Of a stretch of DNA of 64,000 bases, positions 61,593 through 64,000 are shown one piece after another. Source of the DNA: Podarcis tiliguerta (lineage: Eukaryota); assembly GCA_965153285.1 (NCBI GenBank), contig OZ229116.1. The stretch is one strand, 5' to 3'. Made by a program: the position numbers and the translations under genes. The notes under the pieces were generated by a model, which saw only the letters and a list, made by a program, of their open reading frames with translations, was not told where the DNA came from and made no database searches. Position 1 is the stretch's first letter, and each line of letters starts with the position of its first letter.

Positions 61593-62698
61593 TCTATGGA
61601 GAATATGCCATTGAATTGCACACATTTATAAAGGTTTCAGCATTTACAGATTACAAAGATGGTTTCTTCCACTCAACCTGTGCCCCAAACAAGCATACGC
61701 CCCCTCTTTGGGAAAGATGATGAACTAATATTCAAATGAAACGCACTACAGTAAGAACGCATACATAAAAAGAAGTTACATGTCCCCTGTTAGCTGTTTG
61801 ACTAGCAGCCATGTAAGGCTGGCAACAGCCACCGGGGGTCCTGACATTTGCTGGTCGGCTGGACATGCATTGTACTAATATAATGTCCTTCAAGGCTCCA
61901 TCAGTCAGAGCAATCTAAGAGCAGGGTTGTGGATATTTGACACACTTTGTGCATCTTACTGCAGCGTAGGAGCTGTGGTGTTAGAAAATGGTTTGGGGGC
62001 TTCCCAGGCAAAAAGAAATTGGCCATATTGAGATCGATCCTAATTCCCCAGGGGGTTATGGAAATCCTAGATAAGAAGCAGAACAAGACGCGCATTAACC
62101 TGGGCAGTCATGTGACATTGGATGAATATAATTTACCAAGCCATATCTCATAACACTGTGCAATTACCGCTTGGTAAGCTGGTCATCTGGATTCGTTCTG
62201 CAGAGTATTAAGGAGAAACTTTCTCTGTTTGTCTTGATTTATGATCAAGTGAAGAAATGTGCTATGGGTTCTTTAATATTTAGGGAACCAATCCTTGTTA
62301 CCAGCTGAATGTAAGAGACCACTGGCAACAGAACAACTTAGAAATCTATAGCATGTCAGCTTGACTGAATCTTCACTGGTGTGCTAGTTTTCTTTGTGCA
62401 GATACCATTTTAGATAGAAAAGCCTTTAAGTTGGAAGTTGAAGAAAAGGTTTGCAAAATTGTATCCCCTTCTCCCTTTTTAAATGATGCATAAGAAGACA
62501 TCCAACTGCAGTGGATGTGACTTATGTCTAGCAAAACAGGAGAAATGGGAGAGATATAGAAATAGTGTCTGATTCTATACTAATACTTAGTATGTCCACA
62601 TTTTTAGCTTGCTGAATTTTTTTATACGTAATTGTTGTGAGAATTCATTTATGTGCATTTATTGCTTAATTAATACTTTCCATTGTTGTTTCCTCTAG

Positions 62699-62783
62699 AA
62701 GAAGACCTATCAGTGCATCAAGTGCCAGATGGTTTTCTACAATGAGTGGGATATCCAGGTTCATGTTGCAAATCACATGATTG
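62699..62783 (+). CDS. ZNF521: ZNF521 next coding exon (85 bp, one C2H2 finger)
   Basis: Acceptor tttcctctAG ends at 62698. Translates [28 protein letters not shown] plus 1 nt, then donor GTGAGT at 62784. The phase-0 start matches the phase-0 end of the large exon. Too short for the ORF track. Confidence 0.96.
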
Positions 62784-64000
62784 GTGAGTGAAGTACTAAA
62801 TCTTGTTGATGATAGATAGACTCTCCTAGCTGTATTCTCATTGCCTGTAAATTTAAACAGAGTTAAGGAGAAATTAATTGTGCAACTGTCAATGATTTAC
62901 CCAGGTGTGATAGATATTTTTTTTAAAAGAAATATTATTAGGCCTAATAAAGCATTAGCATGTTTTATTTTCTGCAAGGGCTAGTTTAGACTTCTGCAGA
63001 GATTCATATACTACTGCCAGTCAAAACACAGGTGATTAACAAATTAAACTTCTAATCATTTTTGCATTATTGAAAACAACTAACAGGAATGGTTAATGAA
63101 CTGGTTGTTAGCTTTCCACAGAGTTTTAGGCAGGTTTTAATTTCAGAAGTTATTATGCTAATGACACTACCGAGTGCTGCTCAAGCACCTTGGTACCAAC
63201 ACCAGAATTTGTGAGTTTTGTCACGAAGAAGCGTAAATAATTCAAATGGCCATAAAACAGGGATATACATAGTATTTAAAAGCTTGAAAACAACCCAGAA
63301 TGGTTCTCTACAAAATGAAATAATATATTTAATTGAGTCAAAGCTCAAGCACGGTTATTGATAGTATTTAGAGTCTACAGTCACAATTTCTAATGATAAT
63401 TTGCTTTTATAATATGGCTGAAGTTAGGAAATACCATATGAAACACTGAGCATTTTCTTTGAATCATCATATTTTGCCATTATTTGCTTATTCCCCTGGG
63501 TTATATTTATGTTTTTAATTTGGTTACCACTTAGTAATAACACTAAGCGTTCTGCAAGCCAATTAAATTTATCAAGCACATCTTTTGCCTGCTAATAAAA
63601 CAATATTGCCTTTTGTTACTGCCTATTTCTAAGAAATTCCTTTGGCAAAGAGCAGACATTAGAATCATTGGCTTTGTACTGCTACAGTATTTTTTTCAAT
63701 GTTTTAGAAAAATGGGAACTTCTTGCAGAGAGATTCATGTCAGCAGACAACTCTATAAATGCATGTTCATTTATTCAAAACCTATTTCCTTTGAGCTGTT
63801 TTACAAAAGTTACTTAATTTCTGGCTTGATGTTCTAAACTATTTTTACACATGTTCTCATGTAATTTTGTCATACTTATTGAAGGTTGTTGGTTAATTTA
63901 ATATGCTTCTTCTCCAGCTGTTGTAGTTTAATTTTAAAAAACAACAACTTTGGCTTCATCCTAAACATGCTTACTAGAGAGTAAATCATATTGAAGCCAA

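Overview
Vertebrate genomic DNA, almost certainly from a squamate; the Sauria-type SINEs suggest a lacertid-like lizard (inference). The window lies inside ZNF521 (Evi3/EHZF) on the + strand. It holds the ~3.36 kb multi-zinc-finger exon (44731-48086) and the next 85-bp coding exon (62699-62783), both with canonical AG/GT sites and matching phases. The rest is intronic: degraded L2 and CR1 LINEs, two Sauria SINEs, other tRNA-derived SINEs, nine TA-flanked Tc1/mariner-pogo MITEs, several hAT MITEs, microsatellites, a 187-N gap and some candidate conserved non-coding elements. Apart from the ZNF521 ORF and two LINE remnants, the ORF track is noise. I found no support for a wholly new biological system. 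The most interesting observations are (1) three Tigger-like MITE families sharing one terminal architecture but each with its own 10-bp box that is also repeated internally, (2) a 50-bp double-tailed retro-insertion with a 14-bp TSD, (3) a MITE made of five stacked hairpins, (4) a MITE with a 7-bp TSD and (5) a TAG-AAG-AAG tandem acceptor on a ZNF521 exon. Repeat family names come from pattern recognition, not database searches.
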